Positions 23,230 to 37,842 of a stretch of 57,685 nt of DNA are shown here, in pieces. The stretch lies in the NCBI GenBank assembly GCA_049724395.1, contig JAUGWO010000048.1, positions 124,001 through 181,685 of the forward strand, given 5' to 3'. Every line of letters begins with the position of its first letter. Position 1 is the first letter of the stretch. This stretch comes from Spongospora subterranea f. sp. subterranea. Taxonomy: Eukaryota. Below the pieces are notes generated by a model. The model did no database searches. It saw only the letters and a program-made list of their open reading frames with translations, and was not told the origin of the DNA. The position numbers were made by a program, and so were the translations under genes.

Positions 23230-24676
23230 CAGGCCACTTTAATGGTGGCGTTCAACATAAAATCCCACTAGTAGCCACTATTAACTTTCCGGGGACGCCA
23301 CTATTAGCTTGACAAAGTCGCCTGAGAGTTTCAGAGGGTTTCGGGCTTCCCGGATACATTTTACTCAGTCTCTGTTTGTTTGAGAGTGATTCAATGCCGA
23401 TCAAGCCGTTCCATGACTCCCATGTCGTTGCATATGGGCTGAAGATATGTGAGCGGGACGCAAGCACGAAGGCAATAGTGTCGATTTCCGCAGATTTTGT
23501 GTGCATTTTGGTCGCGAAGCGAAGATTGAAGCCAAACGCAAAGCTACTGAAAATATTCAGTATCTCCGGAGTCCTTTTCACGCTGATGTCTACAGCATTC
23601 ACATGTTGGCACAGCATCCTGTGCATTGGGCGACGTGCAGTACACTGACAAAGCAGGACAAGACAACGCATTTCGACGAGAATGCCCCTGTTGTCCATCG
23701 AAGCACGATCGAATCATATTCGGAATCGCAATCAAATGCAAGTTGTGAATCGAATCATAACAATATAGGCGAATGTCCAGGTACGAGGTGTCAAGTAAGA
23801 AGCCAGCACGAAGGCTGTAGCGTCGGTTTCCTGCAGATTTCGTGTGCATTTTGGTCGCGAAGCGAAGATTGGAGCCAAACGCAAAGCTACTGAAAATATT
23901 CAGTACTTTCGGAGTCCTTTTCGCAGCTGATGTCTACAGAGACACATGTTGGCACAGCATCCTGTGCATTGGGCGACGTACAGTTCACTGACAACGCAGG
24001 AAAAGACTACGTTTTTCGACGAGAATACCCATGTTGTTCATCAGAACACGATCAAATCATATTTTGGCGGAGTCGAGGCAGCTGTCCACTTTTTCGTGAA
24101 CAAAAAATATTGTTGATGTAATCGGGGGTGAAATGCTTTTTCACCCTATGATTCGAACGAAGAAATCACAAAAGAGCGGGTTCTGGCAATTTTCGATGAC
24201 GTCGTTGGGCCAGAGGAGGAAAAGGGCGACTCTGACATGCAGATCGATGTTTACCGCATCATTTTGAAGAATCCATCCCATTTCATCTCATCGTTGACTA
24301 CGTCAGTGCAGGCGCGTCGTTCCGTATGGCGTCCCACATTCTTCAGATGACGAAGGATAGAACGACAATGAAGGCAACGTCACCAATTGCATTCGGATCG
24401 CGTGTGCAATGAATCTGCAAAAGCTCTCTGAAGCGGTGTCCTCCGCATGAACCTTCTCGCATGCTTTGGATAAGTCTATACACATCGTATCTTCAGCTCA
24501 TATGCAAAGACATGGGAGTGATTGAACGGTTTCTGGCGCAAAGGGTTCCATGATTTTGGTGTGTCCGGGAAGCCCGAAACTCTCTGAAACTCTGAGACCA
24601 CTATTAAGCTAATAGAGGCGTTCCCGGAAAGTTAATAGTGGGATTTTATGTTGAACGTCACTATTAAAGTGGCCTG
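23230..24676 (+). mobile_element. Non-autonomous hAT-like DNA transposon with about 120-bp TIRs
   Basis: TIRs caggccactttaat...cccgga (23230-23355) and tccggg...aaagtggcctg (24563-24676); decayed ORF with YGLKICERD, FGRE.K..AKRK, QHPVHW, FS.ALDKS.H; internal duplication about 23490-23720/23831-24065. Confidence 0.8.
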
Positions 24677-25342
24677 GCAATTGTTCTTCTAGTTAAGAGG
24701 GCTTGTGCTGCGCGAAACTTCTTGCACCGCCCATGATGATCGAAATTGAGGATATAGATCACACGTGGAGCCTTCAGACGATAAACGTCAACATTTGCAT
24801 GAATTGACATATGATAGAGGGAATTCATGGGCAACGGCCCGGCCTGAAATATAAAAAATCAAAGAGAAAACCTGATTCTTGTGGGCATTCTGTGTTGACC
24901 GAATCCTCCGTAATATCAAGGGAGGAATCGAAGTTGTACTTGAGACGCTGGCCATGATTCGATTCATACAACAGGGCGAAAAAATCAATAAATGAGGTTC
25001 ATTTTCAAATGACAGGATACGGGATACGTTTTTTTTTTCAGATGGGAAATAAATTAACAAAGCAGACACTGCTGAGGGGTTTGAAAATTATAGTCACTAA
25101 CATCAGCCATGGTATTGGAAACTGGCTTTCATGTAGTATCCGACTCATCATAACCTTGTCAGTGGATAAACGGATATACAGGTGATGACGGGAGAAACAA
25201 CCGTCGTCAACTCATACACAAGGACCGCACTCTCACTCTTCCCTCAATTTGGCAAATGATCAGTGCGATACGTTCACACGTTCATGATGGTGTAAAGCTA
25301 CTCAAATATAACATCAACAGATGGCATGGGGACCCTGAACAT

Positions 25343-27325
<1,983 letters not shown>

Positions 27326-28483
27326 AACAGTTATAAGAGGAGTATCGATTTTAAGAAATAAAAACTGCGTGCGCATGTTGCTTCGCAAATAGTTAGTGCG
27401 CTACTGCGAAACTGAAAAAAAAACAGCGGGAACTGCGCGGAGATGGTTTGACCCGGGAGTGTCGACAAATCTCAGGCTCTTCGTTTGCAGCTCTGCTCGT
27501 ACTATACCTCTAGAACAGATTGACATTCGCTCATTCTTTCAAAAATAAACCTACCATGTTCTAGGAAAAAATGGCTCTTACTTATGGTTATAAATGATCG
27601 GTTCCGGCAAAGGTATCAATTATCAAGTATAAGAGAATATCAATTATAACCCATAGAACGGAGTCGGTGGACGACCGGGCAATCAATTATAAGAGATTAT
27701 TAATTATAAGAAGAGCAATTATAAGAGAGTCTACAGTATACATGTATCCTCTTTATTCGAGAAAAAAACATGCTGGTTGTATGGAGTCGAACATTTGTTC
27801 AGCGATAGCATGGCTATTGATATGACGACACCTCCACTACCATGGTATGATCATCGAAGACGCCACACATTCATTCGACAACAATTTTGTAATGATATTC
27901 CAATACCAAAACGTACCAAATATCGCTCGATTCATTTGGGCTAGAGGGAGGCTTTAATTGGATTGGTGGCATATATCGGATGGTCAAATGGTCATGGAAT
28001 GATGGATGGCAATAAAGCCGCATGCAGTAAAGACAAATCACAAATAAACCACGATATTTCGGGCCACAAATCAAAGCAATTGCTGATGTGGTCGATTTGA
28101 TGACATGCTTTGTCACAACAAAACGTCCAACGATTGCAAATTCGAGCCATCAGGGCCACAGTTCGTATCCAATTATTTCCTAAACCATGATTGGTTTCCT
28201 CGCGGAGTCACCGCTACCGCCCAAGCCATGCAGCTCCTGTGGTGATGACTGACTGAGGCTGCGCTCAGCCCGGCATCGGCCATCACCGTCAAATTGAGGT
28301 GTACAGTAACTTGAGGTTGGGAGTCGGAGACTCGGAGTTCATTTACCCGTACTCGCCGGTATTTAGTGTACCCGTGGCCATATGTTCTAGAGTCAGCGAG
28401 ATAATCTGTGGCCCGAGGCCGCGCGCGCTCACTGCGTGACGTCAATCTCCCTACTCTGAATCAATCTCGTTCGTTAATCGATT

Positions 28484-29858
28484 GTGATCAGTTTCAGTTG
28501 GTGGCGGTCGTCCTCGCCGGGGACCTGCTTAGAGGTCGATGGCGGGCGCCACCAGCTTTTTTCTCGTGTGTTCATTTGTGGTGGACGTAGCCTGGCACCC
28601 GAAGAGCCAGCGTCACCGATTCCCCACTACCGCCGTACTGACGTTCATGCCGTTTACGCTTTCGGTGATCGTCTTGGGCAATGTGGGACATTTGGTGAGG
28701 CGCGCACTGCTGTAAACCGTCAGACTGGCCAAGAAGTTGCTGTTAAGCATGTTCATAAGCATAAATGTCTGATCAAGATGCTTCGCACTGAGGAGCAGGC
28801 GCTTAAAGTCATGCAGGTTAGCTATTACTGTCAGAATGCTCTATAATTAAATGTGTACTCATTGCCTTCCGATAAATAGCATGGCAATATCAGCCGCCTC
28901 TACGCCGTCTACGAAGATCGCAAATCAGTATACTTTGTTATGGAGAAGTGCTCCGGTGGAGACTTGATTGATCAGATCATGGGGTCCGGTCAGGGTCGTC
29001 TTTCTGAAGATTCTGCTCGTACTATATGTTCCGAAATTGCTGCCGGTGTTTCTCATCTTCACAACAAAGGATTTGCTCATTGCGACATCAAGCCCAGCAA
29101 CATCATGTGCGTATCAACATACAGTTATCCTTTTCGCCAGTTGTTCGTTGTTAATGGGTGGTTCACTTTTTGGTTTTAAGCTGCAGATACTTTCAGGTTT
29201 CACAAAAATCAGGTTAAACTCATCGATTTTGGTGTCTCGCAAATGATTGGGCCAGGATGCGTTCTTCATGCCGAAGTCGGTTCTCCCTCATATATGGCTC
29301 CTGAGGTGTTCCAAATTATTGTTGTGCTTTCTTTTTCGTTGATCGCTTTGATTGCTGCAGGTTTTTGCGGGAAATTACACTGCTGCGTGTGATCTCTGGT
29401 CGCTAGGAGTGGTGCTCTTTGTCATGTTGTTTGGCTTCAACGCGTATGTTATTCTTTCTATTGCTTGATGACGTTATGACAAGCTTTTTGGGGCGATAGT
29501 TTTATTGAATCCGTTTGTGTCGTTGGTTTCCACATTTACTGTTTTGCTTTTAACGACAATTCCTTGATTATTCCGTAACGTCATTTTTTTTGTTTTCGGC
29601 TCTAGATTCAATCCCCGGGCTGAATCGGAATGCTGTTTTAACGGTGCCAACGCCGGTGTCCATCGCAAAATCTGTGGGCGTGTCATGCGTGGGTTCGATA
29701 CGACTACTCGTGATGGCTACGGCGCCTTTTTCCCGCGTTCCGTTTCTGTGTCAAACGAAGCTAAGGAGGTGGTTGGTTTGCTCTTGTCCCTGGATCCCGC
29801 AAAGCGTCCCACAGCGGATGAGTTGCTGGGACTCCCTTGGTTCCTAATGAAAGAGTGA
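28484..29858 (+). CDS. Ser/Thr protein kinase, CAMK-group-like, multi-exon (start codon unresolved)
   Basis: LGQCGTFG, VAVK, MEKCSGGDL, HCDIKPSN, IDFG, YMAPE, DLWSLGV, LDPAKRP motifs. Confidence 0.9.
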
Positions 29859-31391
29859 TCGACATGCGAACATTCGCGTTTTGGTCATGATTTTGTTTCT
29901 TGTGGTTCTTTGTGAGTGTGAATCGCATATTACATGCGTAAGTTTCGATCTCCAATAAAGCATCTTTTGTGTATATACATCTAATTTCCTCCCTTATTCG
30001 GCCGAATCATTTTTGAAAGTTTCGCTTACATCTCCTTGTTTTCAGTTTTTCGTGGATAGTAACAGTGCGGTTTGCAGTTCTCAGATCATTGTTTTGCCCA
30101 TGTTTATTTCCAAACGATCAAGTCAGATGCCGGATTTGATGTGTACCTTGAGTCTCTTGATTGCTGTTTGCCCTGATGATTTCAACCTCATTAATGCTTG
30201 TTACCTAAATAACACTGATTGAGGATAAAATCCTATTGAACTGTAAAACTGGCGAATGCGGCCGCGATGATGGCAGTCGCTTTTATTCGGCAAGTAATGC
30301 CTCCTTTAGGTTTGGGTTGAACTGCCGTCGCTGTTTTCAGTCGGTTCACCAACACCGGAAAGGAGTTCAACGGAATTTGGTTTTGAGCGGTGCTGATAAT
30401 ATCGTGATGGCGGTACGGATATTGTTTTTATTGGTCAAAGCTTTCGAGCACGGCCCTTACGGCGAACGTCTGCATTCTGAGTTGGCTACAGAAATCATCG
30501 GCTAGTCGCGTTTAAATTTGATCAACTTTCATCTCAAAAGAACGCATTGCATGCCCTTGTTTCCCAAAGTTGAAGAAAAGACCGATGTAGCGACCGAGAC
30601 GAGTAAATCAATACAACAGATTTACTAAATGATTCCCGGTTTAATGTGGACGTTTCCGAATCGGTGGTGCAAAATGTTTGTGGAGAACGACCTTCACGTT
30701 TTATTGATCAGGCCAAACGTCCACTGATCATGGCGTAGAATTCTCTCGAAATCCATCACCAAGTCAAACAAGGAGAGACAAGATAATCTTTGTTGTAAAT
30801 GACGTCAGGCGAAAATTTTTGAATCAGTGGAAAATAAAAGTGGAATGAACAGTCGAACACTAATTCTTTCCGATCAACCACAGATTTCGTGTGGGTCTTC
30901 TTGGCTAATAAATCCCAATACCGACAATGACGATCTAGTCTGGAAGAGGTTCAGACTTTCCACGACGAGTATGATTCGAACTTGGAGCGAACAGGGTCCA
31001 ATTACAGCGAGAGATCAGTAGCCGAGGCATGTATGTATGACCCACTCTGTTTTACATTACAGTATTGCAGTTCGTGACAACGAGCAGCTGCAACATGAGC
31101 CGCCTGATTTTGAACAACCCCCATTCAGACATTTGTTCAGCTTCACTTGTCCAATCTGGTCGCGAGTGCACCGCCTCTAATTGCGTCAAAATAACAGTCT
31201 TACAGAAATGACCATGGGTCTTTGATTTTGGGTATCAACCATCTTACTCTGACATGGGTATCAACTTGGCCTCTCTCGCCGAATCGCGGCGCTACTTGAT
31301 TTTCAACAATGGTGATCAATATCGAAAGCCCTCTATTTTCATTAAATGATGAATGATGTACAATTTTATTTGTCATTGATTGCTTTTTGGC

Positions 31392-31752
31392 TCAGGTTCC
31401 TATTTGACGATCGTTCGTTTGACATTCACTGACATTATGTTGTTTGATCATATGTCGTTTCAGGTTATAGCCGAGGCTAAAGACCTGTTGGCAGATCTTG
31501 CACATAAATGGACGCGATCGGGAATGAACCAGCTGATGGCGGTTCAAATTACTCTTGCGTGTGAACCTCATTAGACAGGTTGGGCACCATAGATCGTGCT
31601 GGTCCGATGATGGCCCGAGCTTGTGGCGTTTTTGCCCAGAGCGATTTTTCTGGAAGACAGAAGGAGGAAGGGACCGGACGAAGAATGCAGCGAAAGGCAG
31701 ATTGGGACGTACAAGATTCACAATTGCAAGGTGGCGATGAGAAAATAAGCAT
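31392..31752 (-). CDS. C2H2 zinc-finger protein (two fingers), boundaries uncertain
   Basis: CPTCLMRFTRKSNLNRHQLVH-SRSRPF-MCKICQQVFSLGYNLKRHMIKQH. Confidence 0.75.
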
Positions 31753-33507
31753 TATTTGGCGTGAGGTCGCCGACCCACTTGATCAACTCAGTTTTCGGGA
31801 TTATGTCAACAAATATAAAATGAGGTGTTGCAAGTTGAAATAGGAATTTCCACAGCGAAATCCACATTCCATCATGAGTCACACTTGACATATCGCTAAC
31901 ACCAATGCGCTTGGATTGATCAATATCCCATACGAGAAGAAAATAAATCCTGAAAGACTGTCCACATTGGGGTCAGTTGCTAGATTAATCTGGCGACGAG
32001 GGTTGATGGTTGCGAACCCAATGATCTGTAGAGCATTAACGTCCTTACTGTAGAGCCAGCAATCAATCCTTCAAGGGACAGTTTGTCAAATGCGGACGTC
32101 AGAGGCCCCTGTGAAATAGGTCGGGCCATAAAAACAGAATCGGTTCCCAGAATCTCGATGTTGATAACAGACTGGATCGACTAAATATAGTTGGTAAGAT
32201 GTTAATGGAATAGCAAAGCTGGACCTGAAGATTTCCTATTTTTCAACTTTGCGATGGTTTCACATAAAACTGCTGTTATAGTTTCATCGTAAATCCGACG
32301 CGTAGGGCATCAACTTGAGGGATCGTACGCAAAATATGGAGATCGACTGAAAAAAAACCACAACGGATAATCTGTCAGACCCGTTAAGAATCACCGATGT
32401 TAGCACCCACGCCGGTGGCATTGAGGCGTCGGGTTATGATATCGTTCACCATTGGCATCGATGACTCATTAGACAAGGCTTCGGCTACAAGTACAAACGT
32501 CCTGTACTGTCATCTATAAAGTATGACCAGCGAATAGGACACTAATAGGACAATGGTTATGAACAGAGGGAGATTGAAGAATTATTTGGTGTATACACAG
32601 ATAGGTATAAGCTACACAGTAGTTACAGACAGATGGAGTCGGGTTGCTGTCGACACCCATAAATCACATGATTGAGTTGGTGTTTATCGGGTTGCACCAC
32701 GGCATCGAAGTCGTTGGTGGGGACAGCAAGTGGTAGTCCTGTCAGAGATCTAGGCATAGGCCCGTTTTTTTATCACAGTTCTGTTTTTTGATTTGCGCAA
32801 AATTGCCACACCCGACAATGATACTCTTATACTCAGAGACCCATGCATTCTGTGTCGTTGGCGTTGGGTTTATAATTCTTAGAAAAATCAAACGAAAAAA
32901 ATCTTTACTCCTAGATTGAACCATCACATCATGTTTTATAATAAACAGAGCCAAGTTTTTTAACGGCAGTACGAAAATTGGCGATTTTTTTACGCTGACG
33001 CTGGTGCGACAAACATCGGCATCGGCAATTATTCTATATTTTCTGACAGCATAAAATAAAATTGCTGTAGTTTCCACTTCTCTGTGTTTCTTTCGGTGCT
33101 TGACCTAGAGACTACCAGCAGCTAAAATCTAAAAAAAACGGTTACCTCCCCTTCCATCTGTGATGATAATGACGTCAAGTCGTCAGATTCAACCACGTCA
33201 AAAAACCATCACACAGCTTGCCAAATTGAGGGCCTACTCAGGCTGGTATCCCTTCTGTCGTTCGTAATCCCCATCTTTTAATTCTTTTATAAAAGATCAC
33301 ACAATGGATGTTGCAACAATTTCCGTAGGTGTAAGGTCAATAAAATACCGTGTCACAGTAATGAACGGGAGGAATTGCCCGTGGACTGCGCAATTATACA
33401 CAAACAGTGAAAAGCCGGCCGAAAACGTCCGTGGGTGGTCCGAATAAGTGCCGCTCTCGGAGTTGACTATTTCTTACTCGTTGTCACGTCGCCCTTCGCC
33501 GGCATCA

Positions 33508-34041
33508 ATGCCAACCAACAACAACGTTGACGATGACGCCTTATGTTCGAAGGTTAAGCTGCTCTGCTCGCAGCAATCTGGTGCTTGCCTGCTGTCGTGG
33601 CGCGCAGACCCAGCCACTTCCAATTTACCACCCATCCTCACACAGCTCGGTTTTCAGCGAAACCTGGTCCTGAATCTTCTCGTCTGTACTTTGTGCAAGT
33701 ACGCGTTAAATCCCGATCCCAAATATATTCTTCAACACGCCGCCAACAAGCATAGACTGAAGTCGGACGAAGGCGTTGATGTCAATTCAATTCGCGAGGA
33801 GCTTCTACAGGTCTCTCCCCTTGTTGAACATTACGACTCTACCCTTGAACTGTACATGAACCCTGGCCGATCCCTTTTGCCTCCCGTTCAAAGTATCGCC
33901 ATCAAACCAGGTTTCTCATGCTCGACCTGCTCTTTTTATTCGCTTCAACAACACACAATGAAGGCCCACATCAAAGAGCATCCTAAAGCTGACCAGATTT
34001 TTACTCGCTGCTCGGTACAGACATTATTTAAAGGTAGTTAG
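33508..34041 (+). CDS. OrsD/DUF3505-like zinc-binding protein, possibly a truncated element-associated ORF
   Basis: LLVCTLCKYAL..H...KH, PPV..I.I..GFSCSTC.F, H..EH and C.VQTLF pattern recalled for DUF3505. Confidence 0.6.
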   Translation: MPTNNNVDDDALCSKVKLLCSQQSGACLLSWRADPATSNLPPILTQLGFQRNLVLNLLVCTLCKYALNPDPKYILQHAANKHRLKSDEGVDVNSIREELLQVSPLVEHYDSTLELYMNPGRSLLPPVQSIAIKPGFSCSTCSFYSLQQHTMKAHIKEHPKADQIFTRCSVQTLFKGS

Positions 34042-34259
34042 TATCATCAAACATTTCTAATGACAAAAAAATTGTTCACCGCTACAATCCCATTCAATTC
34101 ATTCAAAATCGCCGAATAATTTTATGTTGTTTTTTTAGTTTAAGGGGCTTTGTCGTTGATGCTATTATGCGTTCTGTTATCATATTTTTGCTCGGGAGTT
34201 TTGACTGAATTTGAAGCCGTTCAGGTTACTGGACCAAATACTTCGGTGTCGATGAACGG

Positions 34260-35348
34260 ATGTCCGTAGATGCGGCGCAACCCCTTTGTTCAGGACCGTC
34301 GTTATCCAGTTTCAGGGTCATTGATACTGCTAATCTGGATGTGGCATTTAAAGTCGCGTATATCGTCAAGAATTACAAATCGTTGCTGGCCGTTGCTGCT
34401 AATCTCGATGAGGCCGACGACGTTCTTTCAGATTTAGATTTCTCGTTGGATCAGATTATTCAGACTATGGACGGGAACTCTATCGATGCCATGATGTTCG
34501 ACGACGCATATGAGTTCACGTCCACGCGACCAACGGTGTTAGATGTTCCGATGATGTCTGTTCCTACTGGCCCAAGTTCAGCGATTGACCTGACCGTCAA
34601 CAATGGCGGTGCTAGTCCATTCGTACAAGGGAGAAGGTCCATATCTGTTAATGCGTCATTGCCGGCCACTCCTGTCACCGCTTCTCGTGTACCGACGACC
34701 ACATATCGTGTCGGTGACTCCCGTGCGACCACCGCTAACACCAACGCAAATGAACCGATACCGGCCACGAATGCACTCCATTGTGCGGCCCTTAGCGCTT
34801 TGGCCGTATCTGGCAATGCTGGCGTCAACACCCGAGCTTCCAGAAGGGGATCGGAACCAATTGTTGAGCGAACAGTCAAGCAGGCAAGGACCCGAAAGCG
34901 TCCAGCCTCTCCACATGAACGACCGTTTCAGGTTCCTCCTTTTAAAGCAAGAAGTGTAGCTCGGCCAATCCCGATCGCAAGCGCTCAGTATTCGAATTCA
35001 GTACCGGTTCCAGTACATGCTGTATCTCAGCAGGTTGTCGATTTGCCATATGATAGCGATGAATTCGAAGATTTAGAACACAATGGTTGCGGATCCGACT
35101 CTGGAGGCGATGCCTTTGCGCATGCACCAACGCCATCTGGTTACGTCGTTGAAGAACCAGAGCAAGCGGTGGGCTCATCTGAATCGGCTTTCACTCCAAT
35201 ATCAATCACATATGATTTTTGGAAACGCCAACGCGCGTCGATGGGGCAGCCAAATGTTAATCCGCAATCCGGAAGTGCTGTTTCGCCTTTAATTGACCCA
35301 CAATATTCTATCGGAATAAACTCAATGAGTTGCCGTTCGTTTTTTTAA
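34260..35348 (+). CDS. Hypothetical low-complexity/disordered protein (362 aa ORF)
   Basis: Long uninterrupted ORF, S/T/P/A-rich with basic RTRKRP patch; no domain recognised. Confidence 0.5.
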   Translation: MSVDAAQPLCSGPSLSSFRVIDTANLDVAFKVAYIVKNYKSLLAVAANLDEADDVLSDLDFSLDQIIQTMDGNSIDAMMFDDAYEFTSTRPTVLDVPMMSVPTGPSSAIDLTVNNGGASPFVQGRRSISVNASLPATPVTASRVPTTTYRVGDSRATTANTNANEPIPATNALHCAALSALAVSGNAGVNTRASRRGSEPIVERTVKQARTRKRPASPHERPFQVPPFKARSVARPIPIASAQYSNSVPVPVHAVSQQVVDLPYDSDEFEDLEHNGCGSDSGGDAFAHAPTPSGYVVEEPEQAVGSSESAFTPISITYDFWKRQRASMGQPNVNPQSGSAVSPLIDPQYSIGINSMSCRSFF

Positions 35349-36180
35349 ACAGATTGTGTTTTCGACCACAGCTACGATCGTGGAATCTACGTACATATTT
35401 TATCGCTGGCATGTTGATTGGCTGTATAGTTTCAAAACGGATGATGCGGTTCTCAGAGATAAAAAGTAATGTCGTTCGACAAAGCCGTGTGTAATCGTTA
35501 TTGAAAAAATTTGATCGAGTACACAATTGCGATGAAATTTTTAGAAAGGCCGTGAATGACCGTGGAGTTGCCAGATCTGCCCGACATCAAACTTGGAAAA
35601 GTAATCAGAACGCTGAGAACAACTGAATATCAGTATATAACTGGAATCCCGACGCCTATCAAACAGTCGGAATTCTCTGGCCCACGTGGCCACACCGTGC
35701 GTTTGCAGGTCTGCCAAGCGCCCAAAGCGCCATCCGCCCATGAAATTGCTGGCCCCGCTGTTACGGAACAAAATACATCCGTACAGCACCGGACACTACC
35801 AAGTCTCAAATTTTCCTCAAAGGTGCGCGCGCATGTAATGTAAAGTGCGGACGCAAAGAATGCCGAAATGATTGGCACATTTTTGCCAATTGGGGTTTTC
35901 TCTCTATGCTGGTAGATATATAAAATAACCTGAATCAAACGAGATACTGTTTTCATACTGTAAATATATCACAGCTCGACAATAATAGATTGCGGGACGG
36001 AACGGCGGCGTCAATATTTCCTGACCGCGTACCCAACTTTCTTATCAGTCAACTTGTGACCATTTTTCTCTCTGTAAGCCATGTACTACCGCCAACTCTT
36101 GCGAGCGATCTGCGAATAATCGAAACAGAAACTTGTATAAACGATCAAAATCATGGCGTCAATATGAAAAAAAAAGGGTG

Positions 36181-37370
36181 TTAAGAATATACCGATTCCA
36201 ACGCTCTGGGAACCGTTTCGACCAATCCGAACCACGTGTATTTGCAGTTTTCCCTGGTATGCAACACCCCCCAGAACAATTCAATTAAGTTGAATTCACA
36301 ATGAAATTTGAGAACATACTTGATCAAACAACCCGATTCAACGGTGACTGCTTCCTCTAGCCATCCCTTCTGTTGTGCAAAATCAGGCTGATTACCGAGC
36401 ATTTTCGGGCATCATCAAGTCTTAGCCCTTCGCTGGGCCACAAGTTTCGTTCCTGTAAAACGGTCCCTGATTCCTTTTGGCCCGTTTTCTCCAGTTTGCA
36501 TAGTCTGGAACATCATCTCCCCAACACGAAACACCCACTCACATCGCATTATCGGAACGTTTTTGCCCCCGTCGGTAAAATTTAGGCGATTCGCCACCAG
36601 ATCATCATCAGGAGCTTTGGCCAGCTGGTTTATGGAATGGTCGATACAGAACAGCTCAGGATGTCAAACTTCAAATATAGGAATGAGTCGGTCGGTATCC
36701 TGGGCCACTAAATTTGAGTTATGCCAGTAGCCATCTGCGTTGGATCCCGGCTTGGCGAGCGATCCTCCTTGTTTGGAGACATGAGGATACATCAATTGCT
36801 GCTGATTGGCGAAACTATAAGACAACCGTGGCATTCTCATGGAAATTCTGAGGAAATTGAACTCTTTCCTGAGCCTTTGGGTCGAACAACAATTTGGTCC
36901 TTTTGCATCCAAACAGTCTTCTTTCCTTCGTTAGATGAAAAACAGGATTCATTCCTGGACGACCAGAATCACAGGCCGAACCGGATCTGTGAGATCCGAC
37001 GAATTGCTGTTTAACTGTCATGACCGACGTAATTATACATCCAAGCTTGGTATTTTTTCCACTCCGTTCCGAAATTTATCGCGGTATTCGACAACGTCTG
37101 CCCGTTCGTGGCTCATCCCCATACGTGCCTTGTTTCTGCTCACAGCAAACAAAAGCCCAACGTGTGAAGCCATCGACGCCCGGAAATGCATTGGATCAGG
37201 TAAATCTGATTCAACAGCTTTGGCCTGACCCATCGCGCGAATGCATTCCCGGTCACCGTATTGGCGTCCACAGACCTCAGCCACAGCAGCACATTGTCGC
37301 TTGACATCTTTTGATGAACCCTTTGAAGAGACCGTGGAAGTTCATGACGGATCAAGTGATACGACGACAC
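36181..37370 (-). mobile_element. Decayed Tc1/IS630-like DDE transposase
   Basis: [29 protein letters not shown]...L...VP.AL, PG.NADGYW.N motifs; many frameshifts. Confidence 0.8.
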
Positions 37371-37842
37371 ATTGACGTATATTTCTCGAGTTCCACTGTT
37401 GGCCAGAGCCCGGAAACAGGTGTCTGACTATTTCAGTTGACGCAGGGATTCGGCATGTTGGGCTGTCTCGACGTTAGAATAGGAAGCGTTCAAACAGCAA
37501 TCAAGCCAAGATAGTCAAACTTTGATATTTTTCGGATGGCGAAAACGAGTATTCAACACAGATATTTGAACGACCAATCAACCTGAACCCCCGGCGATCC
37601 CCTTTGAACATATCAATGAAAACAACAGCGCAGACGCCTTTCGAGTGTATTGATTGGCCTGATTTGTCCCCCGATCATTATCCAGAATTGGCCTGCTCTA
37701 TCGCGATCCACGATATAACCCACACAGAGATTCACCGAACGTGTGTCTCCAATCGAACGGTACAGGTTCCGTTCCCGAAATGATCCACAAATCCCGGACC
37801 GGTATTGCAAATATCACGCCCAGCGGATCCTCATTTTGTGCC

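Noticed and set aside
27615..27740. caattataag repeats ending in agagtctacagta, like a pogo/Tc1 terminus
   Set aside because: No partner TIR or transposase identified in the window
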